A DNA stretch of 64,000 bases from Pocillopora damicornis (taxonomy: Eukaryota): positions 124,001 to 188,000 of the forward strand of contig NW_020847516.1 of the NCBI RefSeq assembly GCF_003704095.1, read 5' to 3'. Position numbers and translations under genes: made by a program. The notes beneath the pieces are model-generated. The model saw nothing but the letters and a program-made list of their open reading frames with translations. It was not told where the DNA came from and did not search any database. Positions within the stretch are counted from its first letter, which is position 1; the number at the start of each line of letters is the position of its first letter. Positions 26,079 through 37,810 of this stretch are shown piece after piece.

Positions 26079-27069
26079 TTAATTTTCATCTCCAACTACA
26101 TTCTGCATGTATGCATCTAATTCTGCATCCAGATGGCTTTTGGTTTTAGACATGTACTTGTCAAGTTCCTCATCCAACCTATCCTTTGACACAGACTTGT
26201 CACCTCGGCCTTGACCCCGTCCACGTCCCCTGGTTACATTTTTTGCTCCTCTACCACCACGCCCACCACGTCCACCACGAGTGATGGCTTTCACAACACC
26301 ACGACCACCACGGCCAACTAGACCACCACCTCTTCTTGCTCGGCTCACACCACGAACATTACTAGACCGCCTTAATCCACCACCTAAACCAACTTGACCC
26401 CCACTATGAATTCTTCCACCAACAGCTGGACTACCCAATCGGTTTTTTAATAACCCTCTATTTGCACCTCTTCCTCTTGTTGGTGAGCCAAGTCGACTTT
26501 TAAGGTCCGATGTGTTTCCTCCAAGGGCTGCTTGGACACCTGGTCTGTTGGCCATCTGGGCAGCAAGGCGACGATTCTTCATGCTAGCTTGAGCCACCTG
26601 GAACTGATTGCTCCGCACTCCAGTGACAGTTACTTGAGGGGGTGATCTGACTTGAGTTTTGGCCATTTCAGTGAAGCTTCAGAAGATGGATGGAGAGCAG
26701 GAATTTGTACCTTGTATATATTACTGGCTTCAATGTAACCATGCACTCAATGTGCTTGTATGCATTTCACTTTTCACTCAAAAAGCAAATTACAACCAGG
26801 CCATGACTTTCTTAAAGCCTTTTCATCAAGCCTTAACAATATTAACTGCATGGTATAAATTTTTGCCACTTCCCATATGGCTTGTGATTGGTGGTCAGTG
26901 ATGACCCTTTCAAAGCTCCTAAAGTTCTTAGGACAAAATTGCAACAGGAAGCCAGCTCAAAGGTACAATAATGCCATGTACAGCAAGATACAAGGTGCAT
27001 TGCTCACCGATCATTTAGTGACTTGGTGGTTGTGCTCTTGAGTACTATCTTGGCTGGCACATGAGACAT
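26079..27069 (-). CDS. CHTOP: Chromatin target of PRMT1 (FOP); coding exons 27008-27069 and 26079-26676
   Basis: MSHVPAKIVLKSTTTKSLNDRFTEM..., QASMKNRRLAAQMANRP, RG/RGG-rich core, C-terminal FoP duplication LDEELDKYMSKTKSHLDAELDAYM. Confidence 0.95.
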
Positions 27070-27241
27070 GATGATATCCTGCAACTTTAATAATCACATA
27101 TGTTATAACATACTTATTATCATTTGCTGGGGTTCACAAACTATTTCAGGTGCATTTTGAAATGCTTGACAGATTCTGATGACTGATTGATATTCTCGTT
27201 TCCAACTGATTGAAATGTGATGATTTATTTGAGAGGTGACT

Positions 27242-27341
27242 NNNNNNNNNNNNNNNNNNNNNNNNNNNNNNNNNNNNNNNNNNNNNNNNNNNNNNNNNNN
27301 NNNNNNNNNNNNNNNNNNNNNNNNNNNNNNNNNNNNNNNNN
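27242..27341. other. Assembly gap (100 N)
   Basis: N run upstream of the CHTOP coding exons. Confidence 0.95.
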
Positions 27342-28066
27342 ATGAATGACGCCTAAAAGATTCGGTAAAATTTCCGCACAACCCCATACTACATCATGCA
27401 TTCAGTTCTTGGATAGAGAAAAAAATGACAAAAACAATAAATTGCCATTAGGAAAACAGATTTGTTTTACAACAGTATGGGGCTGTGCGGAAATTTTACC
27501 AAAGATTCTACTAATTAATGTAGAAGGGACTATTTTCATGATAGCAGAACACAATAATACGAACAGAAATTTATGTGAGACAAGGTATAAACTAATAATT
27601 GTTTAGTTTTGATGATTGAAATTGTAGGTAGCTCACTGCTGAGCATGTAACAGCTGGGACGTAAGAATGATTGTTCCTCGATTGACTGAAATCTTACAGC
27701 TTTTTCTTAACCCATACATCACATGTTTAGCGAGAAATAGCTTACTCACTTACTACTACAAAAATTGCATTGAGCTTCGAAGAGCCGTCTTTAATGTTGT
27801 CTACAAAAAAAAATGATGTATGGAGCATTCTTCTCATAAAATTCAACATGCGACGCAATATTTGAAAGTAAAACAAGATCATAGTTACGTCTGATGTTCA
27901 AATCCAAGGAAACTACGTCGGATGGTAAATGATTGCTGACGCTTCTTTCCTGACCCTGAAAACTGCCCCAGAACAAACACAGCGACGCTAGGCTTGGTAA
28001 AGAAGATTGGAATCAAGTCTTTATGAGATACGTTGTGTAAGGTAAACGGAAATGTTTCAGTAATTA

Positions 28067-29350
28067 TGGCTTACGATTTCGCAAGGATAGCTTTTGCATC
28101 AGCCGAAAACTACGAGAATGTTAGATCAGAGTACCCTGAAGAAGCGGTCAAGTACTTTTTACACAAACTTGGTATAAAAGTTAATGACCGCACAGTCAGT
28201 TCGAAGGAAGCTCGCCCCTTCACAATCTTGGAAGTAGGTAGTGGGACAGGAAAATTCACTCGCGTGATGGTGAAAGTGTTGTCAGATAAGAATGTCAGGG
28301 TAATTGCGAGCGAGCCTTTGGAGAGCATGTGTGAGCAGTTTAAAGTAATGGTACCTAGAATGGATATCATCCAATGTGCTGCCGAATGTATACGTGAGTT
28401 AAAGCACAAAATTTTATCATTTTGTTATTTGAATATGAAAGCAATCTTCGTGGTAATGAACACTACTTGAGCAGTAATGAACACTACTTGAGCAGTAATG
28501 AAAATAAGGCCTGAATTAGGAAATATTACGACAGAAGAAGAAAATATCAAAGGCCAAAAAAACAAACAAACAAACTGAAAAAAGGGCATATGAGAAAAAT
28601 GAGAACAAAATGTATAATTCAGAACAAAAGTAACGAATGGAATAAAGATTTACTTTCACCTCCCCACAAACCTCCCACCCTCACTCTTGACCCGTTCAGA
28701 TGCATGCCATTGGGAAACAGTGGCTGTTCCGTTTTAATTAATTGCAAAATAGCTTTTTGGAAACTGAACGCAAAGGATGGTTATATTCAGACCTGTTACT
28801 ACTACAATGAACTTACTTTCTTATGCTTGAATGTTAACAGCCCTCCCTGATGCCAGTGTGGATGTAGTTGTTGCTGCTCAAAGTTTTCACAGTAAATTGC
28901 TTTAGGTTCACAAACCGTGCAGCTTTGGAGGAGATTCACCGAGTTCTAGTTCCAAATGGGGCTTTTGGTACCCTATGGAAACTGTTAGACCTCTCTATAC
29001 CATGGGCCAAACAACTTGGCCATGATTTGGACGTTTTAGACAAAGAAAGTTCATTAGTTTTTCCACATAAAGAAGAATGGAAAGAAGTTGTTGGCATGCT
29101 TGTAAAGAGTTTATTCAGTTTTCCACAAGAGTACATAGGGTTTGAGCACAGTTTAGAAGTAAGTTCTTGTAATCAAGCTTATCAACATTTTGCTTCCTAT
29201 TCTGTTATTGCTGGAAACAGTGAAATTAAAAAGAAGGCTTTTAAAGAGTTTTTTGATGAGCTCATGAAAATGCATTTTAAGGAAAAAGGCAACCCATGTA
29301 CTAAGATTCCATTTACAATATACATGTACTGATTTCACAAAGAAGTTTAA
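28067..29350 (+). pseudogene. Class I SAM-dependent methyltransferase (Methyltransf_11-like), 2 exons, frameshifted and with an in-frame TGA
   Basis: YENVRSEYP, motif I ILEVGSGTGKFT, ASEPLESM, intron ~28394-28840, IPLPDASVDVVVAAQSFH, EIHRVLVPNG. A 13-nt excess after SFH shifts the frame, and TGA at 29330 precedes FHKEV*. Confidence 0.75.
28430..28515 (-). mobile_element. SINE-like fragment with a 21-bp tandem duplication
   Basis: (TAATGAACACTACTTGAGCAG)x2 followed by TAATGAAAATAAGGCCTGAA; resembles a common coral SINE segment (recalled, not searched). Confidence 0.5.
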
Positions 29351-30555
29351 ATTTCAAGAACTCACAAATGATATGCATAGTTTTTTATGAGTAGCACAAT
29401 AGCATAATAACATTATTTAGAAATTCTTGTTGCTATTTAACAACATTGTAATTTTAAAATACATCAGTGAAAAAGAAATAGTTTAACTAATTTATCACTA
29501 CTAAACATTATTTCTCTGAAAATGATGTGCTGAATCTAGGGAGTACTTTCTAGAGTCGGGGGATAGAATGTCCGAAAGAGAATGACACAAAGTTAAGAGA
29601 TGAATAACCAACTAAATAATTTGAAGAGAAAACAGATCTGAAACATAATTTTTATTGATGAAAGTTTGAGAACCATATGTTGATACTGGAAATGCAGAGA
29701 GTAGTACGTATGGCAACACTTGCAATGTTCAAACTTTAAAACTTGATGTACAGGAGAGATGTTCACTAACATTGCTGTGTATTTTACATCACACCTGGCA
29801 CATCCTTAATTTTTTTTTAATTATACCAGTTTACTTTTTTAATATGACATAAAGTCTATGGACAATCTCCATCTATTCCAAATACATTATATTGAGTAAC
29901 AACACCAAAATGCCTCAAGAAAACTCTCTACCTCAAATTTAACTTGGGTTATGTATTGCATCAGAAACAGCAAAGTTCATTTAAGGGTTCTAGCTTTTTT
30001 TCCCACAAATTTCAAGATCCATAAGTGACAATTTAGAGATGATAAATACAATTCAGCTTGAGTACATCATTTTTGAAACAAGTGCTTTTAAATTTGTTCC
30101 TAAAAGGTTTTTTAATTCATATTTAACAAACACAACTTTATAGATTTTACAAATGACAAATAACATTTTAAAGTTTACTGTCATGTAATTTTACACAGAC
30201 GACAAATGAAAATTATGTTGACAGACCTCACACTGTTGCCTTCTAGATGTCATTATTACTTTTCTTGGGGAAAGGCTCTAACAAAAGAGCCAATAATCTT
30301 CAGTAACATGCCAATAACTTGTACTAAAAAAAAAATGAGGTAGCCAACTTTTAAATTCTTTCTGTGGCACAAAAGTTAAAAAATCTCCTATCAATTGGAA
30401 CTTTATCTCCTAGTATGTTGAATTCGTGGACACTGTGCTGCAGTTTAGTGCTAGTACAGTAAAAGGTCACACAGTAATATTTTCATTTCATTCCAAACAT
30501 CCCGCCCAAGCCTGTAATACAGACTAACATGTCAAAGATAATTTAACAAAAATTC

Positions 30556-33500
30556 CTAAAAGAATTTCTTGGCAGCAGCCTCCTTTTGATTTTTGTATCC
30601 AATGTAACCAATCAGCATAATTAACTGGGCCACAATTAAAACCACAAAGTATCCTGGACCTATACACTGTGGCATGGGTGAGGGAGGGGGGCATTCTTTT
30701 TTCTCTTGACCACTCATCATCTGAAAAAGAAACATTGGTCAGGAGTGAGTCAGCATAATAAGTATTAGTGCTACAGAATTTTCTTTCTCCAAGGAAAATG
30801 ATGTAATCTCAAGAAAACTTTTTTTAAATATGCTTGCTGGCTGAGACTGAGACCTTAACTTGTTTGCTCTTAGTGTCATGGATAGTTCAATTTCAGAATC
30901 TAAATATGAAATTATCTTAATTAATCTTGTGAGCAACTGACCTCTGCAATTTACAATTGAAAAAGGTTGTGGAGCTTTTTCCACAGAACCTCATGGTCAA
31001 GTAGATTGTTGTACCCTGACTTTTAAACAATGAAATTAACATCATATTTTTAAATCAAGAGGGCAGTGAAAAGGGCAAATCAAACAATGCTCCCCAAACA
31101 AAAATTACTTTAGTGAGGTTGTGTAAACAATCAGCAGTTGGAACTCTTACTTGTTGTTTAGTTGCCACACTATTGACTGAGTGTGTTAGTGATTCAATTG
31201 CATTCTGCATGTCACTAAGTTTAGAATTAACGCCAGCTGAGTCACCAACATCTCTTCTCTCCATATTACCTCCTTGACTCATTAAGTTGCTGTAAACAAA
31301 GAGATCACAAATCACTTGAAAATTTGCTGTTCCTAATTTAAGTCATGCACATTAAAACCTCTTTGAAAACTTTGAAAACTGAAATAGAATTATTAGATAT
31401 GATTCAGCCTCTGTTGAGGACTATAATTATGTATTAACAACCCTTGCAGAGAGTCCTTGGGAAACCTAAGAAAATCTTCAGTCTTGACTCTGATAATGAC
31501 TTCTGCTAAGGTTGTCAAAAAGTCAGTGGCAGTTACTGACAAAAGTCCTTCTCAGGACTTCCTTCACCTGGACAATCAGACTACACCGTCAAATATATAA
31601 AATTATTTGGTAAACTAGATTAATTTACATTACGGAATATGATCATCATTTGCTTGCTGCCATTGGAGGGTATTTTGATATTAGGTGTGATAAGATCAAA
31701 ACCCAAGGAATCAATATGACCAATCACTACATGTGGAGGTGAGCATCAATGAGCTAGAGTGCACAAAGTAAAAAAAAAAAAAAACAAGGAAACTGCTTGA
31801 AACATGGAAAAACGTGTTTGAGTAACCCAGTCACACTTTGTTGAAGTCTTGAAACTGATTGAATGAGAGGGTGGCTCACATTTTTACAAGACCAATCAAA
31901 GCTCAACAAGGAGCAAAAGCAAAGCAATCTTGAATTACTTTTGTCAGCCAGAATTGTTCAAATTTCACACACAAATGTCTAAAGTGCTATTTGAACTACA
32001 CTTACCTGATTTCTTGCAGCTTAGAACTGAGTTGCTGTTGCATATTTATTAGTGTGTTCACTTCTTGTCTATTGATGGTTTGGTCATGTCTAACCACTTG
32101 TCCAATCTGGTTATGATCTGTTGTTACCAATGTGTATAGTGTATTTACTTGTACTGTTAATTCACCAACTTTAGAGTGAAGGTTGCTGTGGAAGGAACAT
32201 GAAAAACGCATATGATTTCCAGTTATTGTAAGAATATAAGAAACTTTAAGTAACCCAAGAACATTGTAAAGTATTGTTAGTAAGCATTTTGTTTCATGCT
32301 AGTAAGGTTGAACTACGCATTTTGATAGATCATGATAAACCGTTTTCTGTGGCTTTACAAACTATCTGCAATTCACCAAATATTGAATTAGAACAAGCTT
32401 CAAATGTGTTAAATGTTTAGTTTTGTGTCCAGAGTTTAATCATTCAAATACATAAAATTTTAAGATTTGTGTAGGTGGCATATGCAAGTGCTGATATTCT
32501 AACCATGCCATAGTTAACATACCATGGTATGGTATTCTTCATCAGTGGTAATCATATCATAAAACTGAATACAAGAATGGAACCCTTTTGTCTTAAAGAT
32601 GACAATCATCTCTTTTCAATGGATCATAACACCATCATCCCTGTTTGAAAAGGATTTTCATTTTTCCTTTCATTACAAACAAATATGTATACTAACTGAT
32701 TTTTATTGGCAAGAAGTATTTACTAGTACCTGATCATTTGATGAAGAGCATTTTGTCCTTCATATACCAAACGAACATCTCTTTCATAAGCACTCTCATA
32801 CTAAAACCCAAAACTAACAGTTAGGCCACAAAAGAGATAAACAAAAAGTAACAAAAAATCAACTAGGCATCAACTAAAAAAAATCATTTACCAGCTACAG
32901 ACAGACATAACTCAATTGAAAATTTCTCAGTTTGATTACTACAACTGAATAGTGAGTTTTTCTGAGCTGTTACTTGTGACAAGTAAGAAGCAAATAATTA
33001 TGAAGTTTCTATGGTTAGGTTCTTCTCACATCAAAGGCAAATAATTCTCCAATATCAAATTTGTTGGTGATATCAGCAAGACTTGTTACCTCTGCTTCAG
33101 GTTTCTTGACTTTGTCAGGGTGAGCTGTCTTGTACCTGTAGAAATAAATGTAGAGCAGAGGTCAAGAGATGAATGCAGGCAATATTTCTCAACTCATTTA
33201 CAGTAGGACTGAACAGCTTTATGTATATAGTAAGTATTTCCCTACTCCTCTCTTTGTTGCTCCAGTTTCTTTTGGTATTCTTCATACTGCTCTGCAAGCT
33301 TCTTTTGCTCTTCTTCACTCATTCCTGTTTCACCCTAGAAAAAGTAAAATAAAAGATGTTGTTTTACATCTTCTCATACTCATGTTCTTTTAGAATTACT
33401 ACTAACAACAGTAACTATTAAAATAATAAGTTACACTCTATACTGAGACTCATGCAACAATTCAGCGGACCTAACAAGACATTTAAGGCCTTTCAGATTA

Positions 33501-36500
33501 GAAACAAGAATTTTCCACAGATTTTAAAAACCACTTGTTTGTAAGTCATAAAAACTTTAAAGTTAGAGTTAAGTACTAGATTATCTTAGCGACTCAAACA
33601 AATGAACACCACAGGAGTTTCTAAGTAACAGTTACCTGTGTGTCCTTAGGTGGAGTGAGTGAGTGGGTAATAAAAGAAAGAACATCATGGTCATCTAAGA
33701 ACAAAAAATACCATGATCATGATATATATACAAAACAATATAACTGACGGTATAATTTAATAATGCATAAAGGTGGCTGGACATTTTGAGTTGACAACTG
33801 ATCATGTTCTTTTTTTTTTTTAACAAATATCACCAGTTTCCCACTGCCTCTCAAATTTTGCAATGTTTGATACTGCTTTTACTGACCTGCTAAGCCACCT
33901 GTAGCTGCAGATACACCAAAGAAGCCATTTTTGGCCAGGCTTATGTTTTCAAGACGAGTGCAGAGCTCAAAGTCTTCAGGTTTAGGGGTCATTCCCATAT
34001 GTACCCACACCTGAATGGGAGAACAAACATTACACTCTTCAAAATGGAACAAATGTAGACAATATGCTACATACACCACTATGGTAAAGAGTTCAGGTGA
34101 AATGAAATATTTGTTGATGAATAGAAAGTCTATTATGAAGGGTGAATAGGGCTGTAAGCTAGATAAATCTCCATACCATGGTTAGTGCAGTATGTTTTGT
34201 TAATACTTTTCCATTGGATTGCAATTTATCTATTGGATAGCCTTATCTGCCCTTTGAAAAACTGGACCTTGAATTATTAATAATAACACAAGCTTTTAAG
34301 AGTATCTTATCTAAGAATTTTCTGCACTAACCGTGAGCACATTCTCATAATAGCGTATTCTAAGTCTAACTGGGTTTGGTCGATTACGAAAATCTCGTAA
34401 GCAGCCACCTCGTTGAAGATCCTGTCCATCTCTGCAACAAAATGAAGAAAGAAAATTGATGTTACAACTGAACATGACTAGATTTTACAGATTTACTATC
34501 CTTTTGTCACATTATACTTAAACCATTGACAACTAACAGACCATCAGCACAAATTGAATCAAAAGTCACATAATTTAAATTGAAAGAAGACAACATATAG
34601 CATGATGATGTAATTTTCTAAGGTTAAAACAAGTTTAATGAGTATTTCACTAATTTAAGGGATATGGTAAAGTACCTAGCATTAAGGAGAACCCAAATCA
34701 AACTAGTCTAAAATCAATGTCCTTTGAAATTTGATTTCATCTGCCAAATAGATATCAAGTGTAAATGGAAGCAACCAAGAAATTTGGTTGATTGCTGGAT
34801 TTTACAAGTAGAAACTTTGCATAGTCAATACATCTGCGGTCAATCTATTCCAAATCTAATTCTATTCATTTATCATAGATCCACCACAGTATTCATATTC
34901 CCATCTTTGTACTGTAACAACATACTGTTCAAATTTACGACAAAACAAAAATAACTTAGTCAAAAGGCTCCAAAGTATTTTAGATATGCATTCATTTGTT
35001 AATTAAGAAATAAAGATTATTCCATGAAAACTGAGCACAAACAATTTTTATTCACAAGTTGTGATGTATTGAAAAACAAACAAGTGAGGACAGCAAAAAA
35101 GTGAGTTTTTTTCATGCATCACAACAATGTTTTTGTTTTATACATACGAAGATTTTTTCTTATTGACCAACAAAGATTAGAAGCTAACAACTGTGAAAAT
35201 ACATCATTCAACCAATATGATACAAATGATAGTAGTTCACAGACTAAATCTCAGTATGTATGAAATGAAACTTTTCAGTAGAGGCCTAAAGTTTCTCCAA
35301 ATTTCCCTTTGTTTACTGATCTAATATGTGTATATTAACAATGCTCATTATCTACAAAAAACATATTAATAAGTAAACTATTTTTAGATTATGGGTACAT
35401 GAATCATGAAAATAATGTATTTACTAGTCACAACGTACTTGTTATGATCATAAATCTGATTTCCATCATTTAACATTACTGAAATGAATGGATTATTTCC
35501 CTAAAAAACAATAAAACATCAGTGAATAAAACAGAAAAGGGACACAGGACATATAGCTATGAACCAGTAACAAAAAAAAGCAAGTTTGTATTTCAGACCT
35601 GTATACTTTAAAATATTAGAATCTTACACAAAAAGAGTTTACCAAAAGTAAGATCTTTTCCAGTACAATGATAGAGTAGAGAATAATCAATAGCCTCCAT
35701 GTCAAATAACTCTCCACTGAGAATGAATTAATTTCAATACTTACATAATATGTTTATAATGATATTATCATTTGTATAAGAATCACACGATGTAACTCAA
35801 CATACCTGCTGATCATTGTCAAATGAATCAAGGAAAACACCAAGACCTTTCCATGTGTTAGTATTTCCAAATGCAGGACCCTCGATGCCTGCAGTTTCTG
35901 TAAACCAAATGGCCTGGGTAAAAGATCAGTACATCATTGTTAACCCATGAGTGAGAAAATTAATCCTTAGTAGATTCAAGACCAAGTTATCTGAACCGAC
36001 ATCCTAAGAGTTATATGATAAACAATTTAAGGAGAACTACTAATGAGATCTTAGGAGTGAGAAGATTAATAATAAGTCCTGTCTGAAAGACTACACTGTT
36101 CTGACTTCCTCATATTAGTAATAATTTGATCAAAGTGACAAATTTGCAAAACACACTGAATTGATTACCATTAAATCTTTTTCAAGACATTAAAATACTT
36201 GATGAATTGCAGAGGAGTGGTGATGAAGGGAGGGATCACCTTTAACAGAGTTTTATCTTGTTCAGAATAGGGAGTGGTACTGAAAAGATCTCTCTCCATG
36301 CTCCACAAATTATAGACACTAGGCTGGAGGGACTTAAATATTATTCCTCTCACTTTTATTCACATGTACACATGAAATAATAAAGTAATAATAAGATGAA
36401 ACCATAGAATTATTTTGTGTACTCCATAAGTGTCTGTATTGTATGGATCACAGTAGCTATTCAACTGTTGATTGATAAAATCTCTTATATGTATCTCACC

Positions 36501-37810
36501 ACACCATCTCCACCAAGCCTCCCTCTTCCAGTTACTTTCAAGGCTACTTCTATTTCCCACCACTCATGAGGAAAGGTGCTTTTTGTCCAGGCATAACCTG
36601 TTTGAAAAGGATATGCCACATATTATACTATTTTGGCCTCACTTTCTTTATTTGCCAAAAAATAGCCCAGCAAAGGGAAAGGAGGCCAATCATCTTCATG
36701 TTGGATTTTACCAACTTTCTTGGAGTCGGTGAGGATGTGGGTAGTATTTTTAATTTTTTTACAAAACTCCTGATCAGAACAAACATGTTAACACAATAAA
36801 AATGATTTGAAAATTCTAAGGTAATTCTATCTGATCTTGTTAATAAAAAATATTTTGTGTCAATGGGAGACAACCCAAACTAAGACAACAGATAAATTTT
36901 GACTGGTTGTTAATAAAAAAAACACAATTCAGAAAACAATTTCAAACAACTGATTATTATCTCTTCAAATAGTTGATAACTCCTATATATTCTGCTAATT
37001 TACATAAAATACCCTTTGAAACTAGATATACTTAAAACTTTTTTGTTGAATTCGAGTCAAAAGACAAGAAAAACATCACAGAAATATCAAGGGCAAAGAA
37101 ACCTGAAGAAATCAGTCTAAGACAAAGTATAATAATATTTTTCGATGAAGAGCGTCTAAGTTGTGATCTAAAGTTTAAATTATACTTCCGGAACACAAAG
37201 TTTTAAAGTTAAACGCGACCTCAATGATGTCCTTCATGTCCTCCTAACTATTGTTTATAGGATGAAAAGTAAATGTTTTGATACATTCACATTCAACATT
37301 TTCAAAAAGTTCGGCCTAAGTTAGGTTACACACGGAGTGCATACGCCGTTGTTGAAATCAGCTGTGACAACTGGAGAAGTATTTACCTTACAGACCTTTT
37401 TTTAAGTATAAAACCCGGCCGATGGATTGCTTGTTCAGTTTAAAAGAAATCATATGGCAGGAAACTAACCTTTTTTATTAGTCATTGAAGGAGTCAATCT
37501 AATCTGGTCATCGCTGGGGATAGCACCTAAATTGGAGAATAAAATCAGCCAAAAATTTACAAAACGTGCGCTAAGGTGACTTTGTACACGTGTAGATTGA
37601 ATATTCACTAGTCACTTATCAAAACAATGGCAACTTACTTCCTCCGTGATTCCAAAAAGGAATTGCTCCATCTTTATTCACTAAATGCGGTCCTTTAAAA
37701 CTATGCTTATATTGGAATTTGACGTGTCGTTCACCAGGTACTGAAGCGACGGATAAACGAAATAAAAACAATAAGAAACCTACACTGGTCAAAGCTTCGA
37801 CGGAAGCCAT
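30556..37810 (-). CDS. LMAN1: ERGIC-53 / lectin mannose-binding 1, ~13 exons
   Basis: Signal peptide, FQYKHSFKGPHL, WEIEVALKVTGRGRLGGDGVAIWF, GLGVFLDSFDND, GGCLRDFRNRPNPVR, GFFGVSAATGGLADDHDV, coiled coil, TM helix and terminal AAAKKFF*. Confidence 0.97.
31485..31595 (+). mobile_element. Degenerate short Penelope/hammerhead-type element
   Basis: GACT-CTGATAA-TGACTTCTGCTAAGGTTGTC-AAAA-AGTC-AGT: hammerhead layout with mutated core, in an LMAN1 intron. Confidence 0.5.

Noticed and set aside
27610-27692. C/D-box snoRNA-like layout (TGATGA...CTGA...CTGA) on the plus strand
   Set aside because: It is antisense to the CHTOP transcript, has a weak terminal stem and no convincing guide; snoscan would be needed to revive it.
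29330-29450. Selenocysteine reading of the methyltransferase TGA
   Set aside because: The position fits Trp rather than Cys, no SECIS-like hairpin is evident, and the gene has an upstream frameshift.
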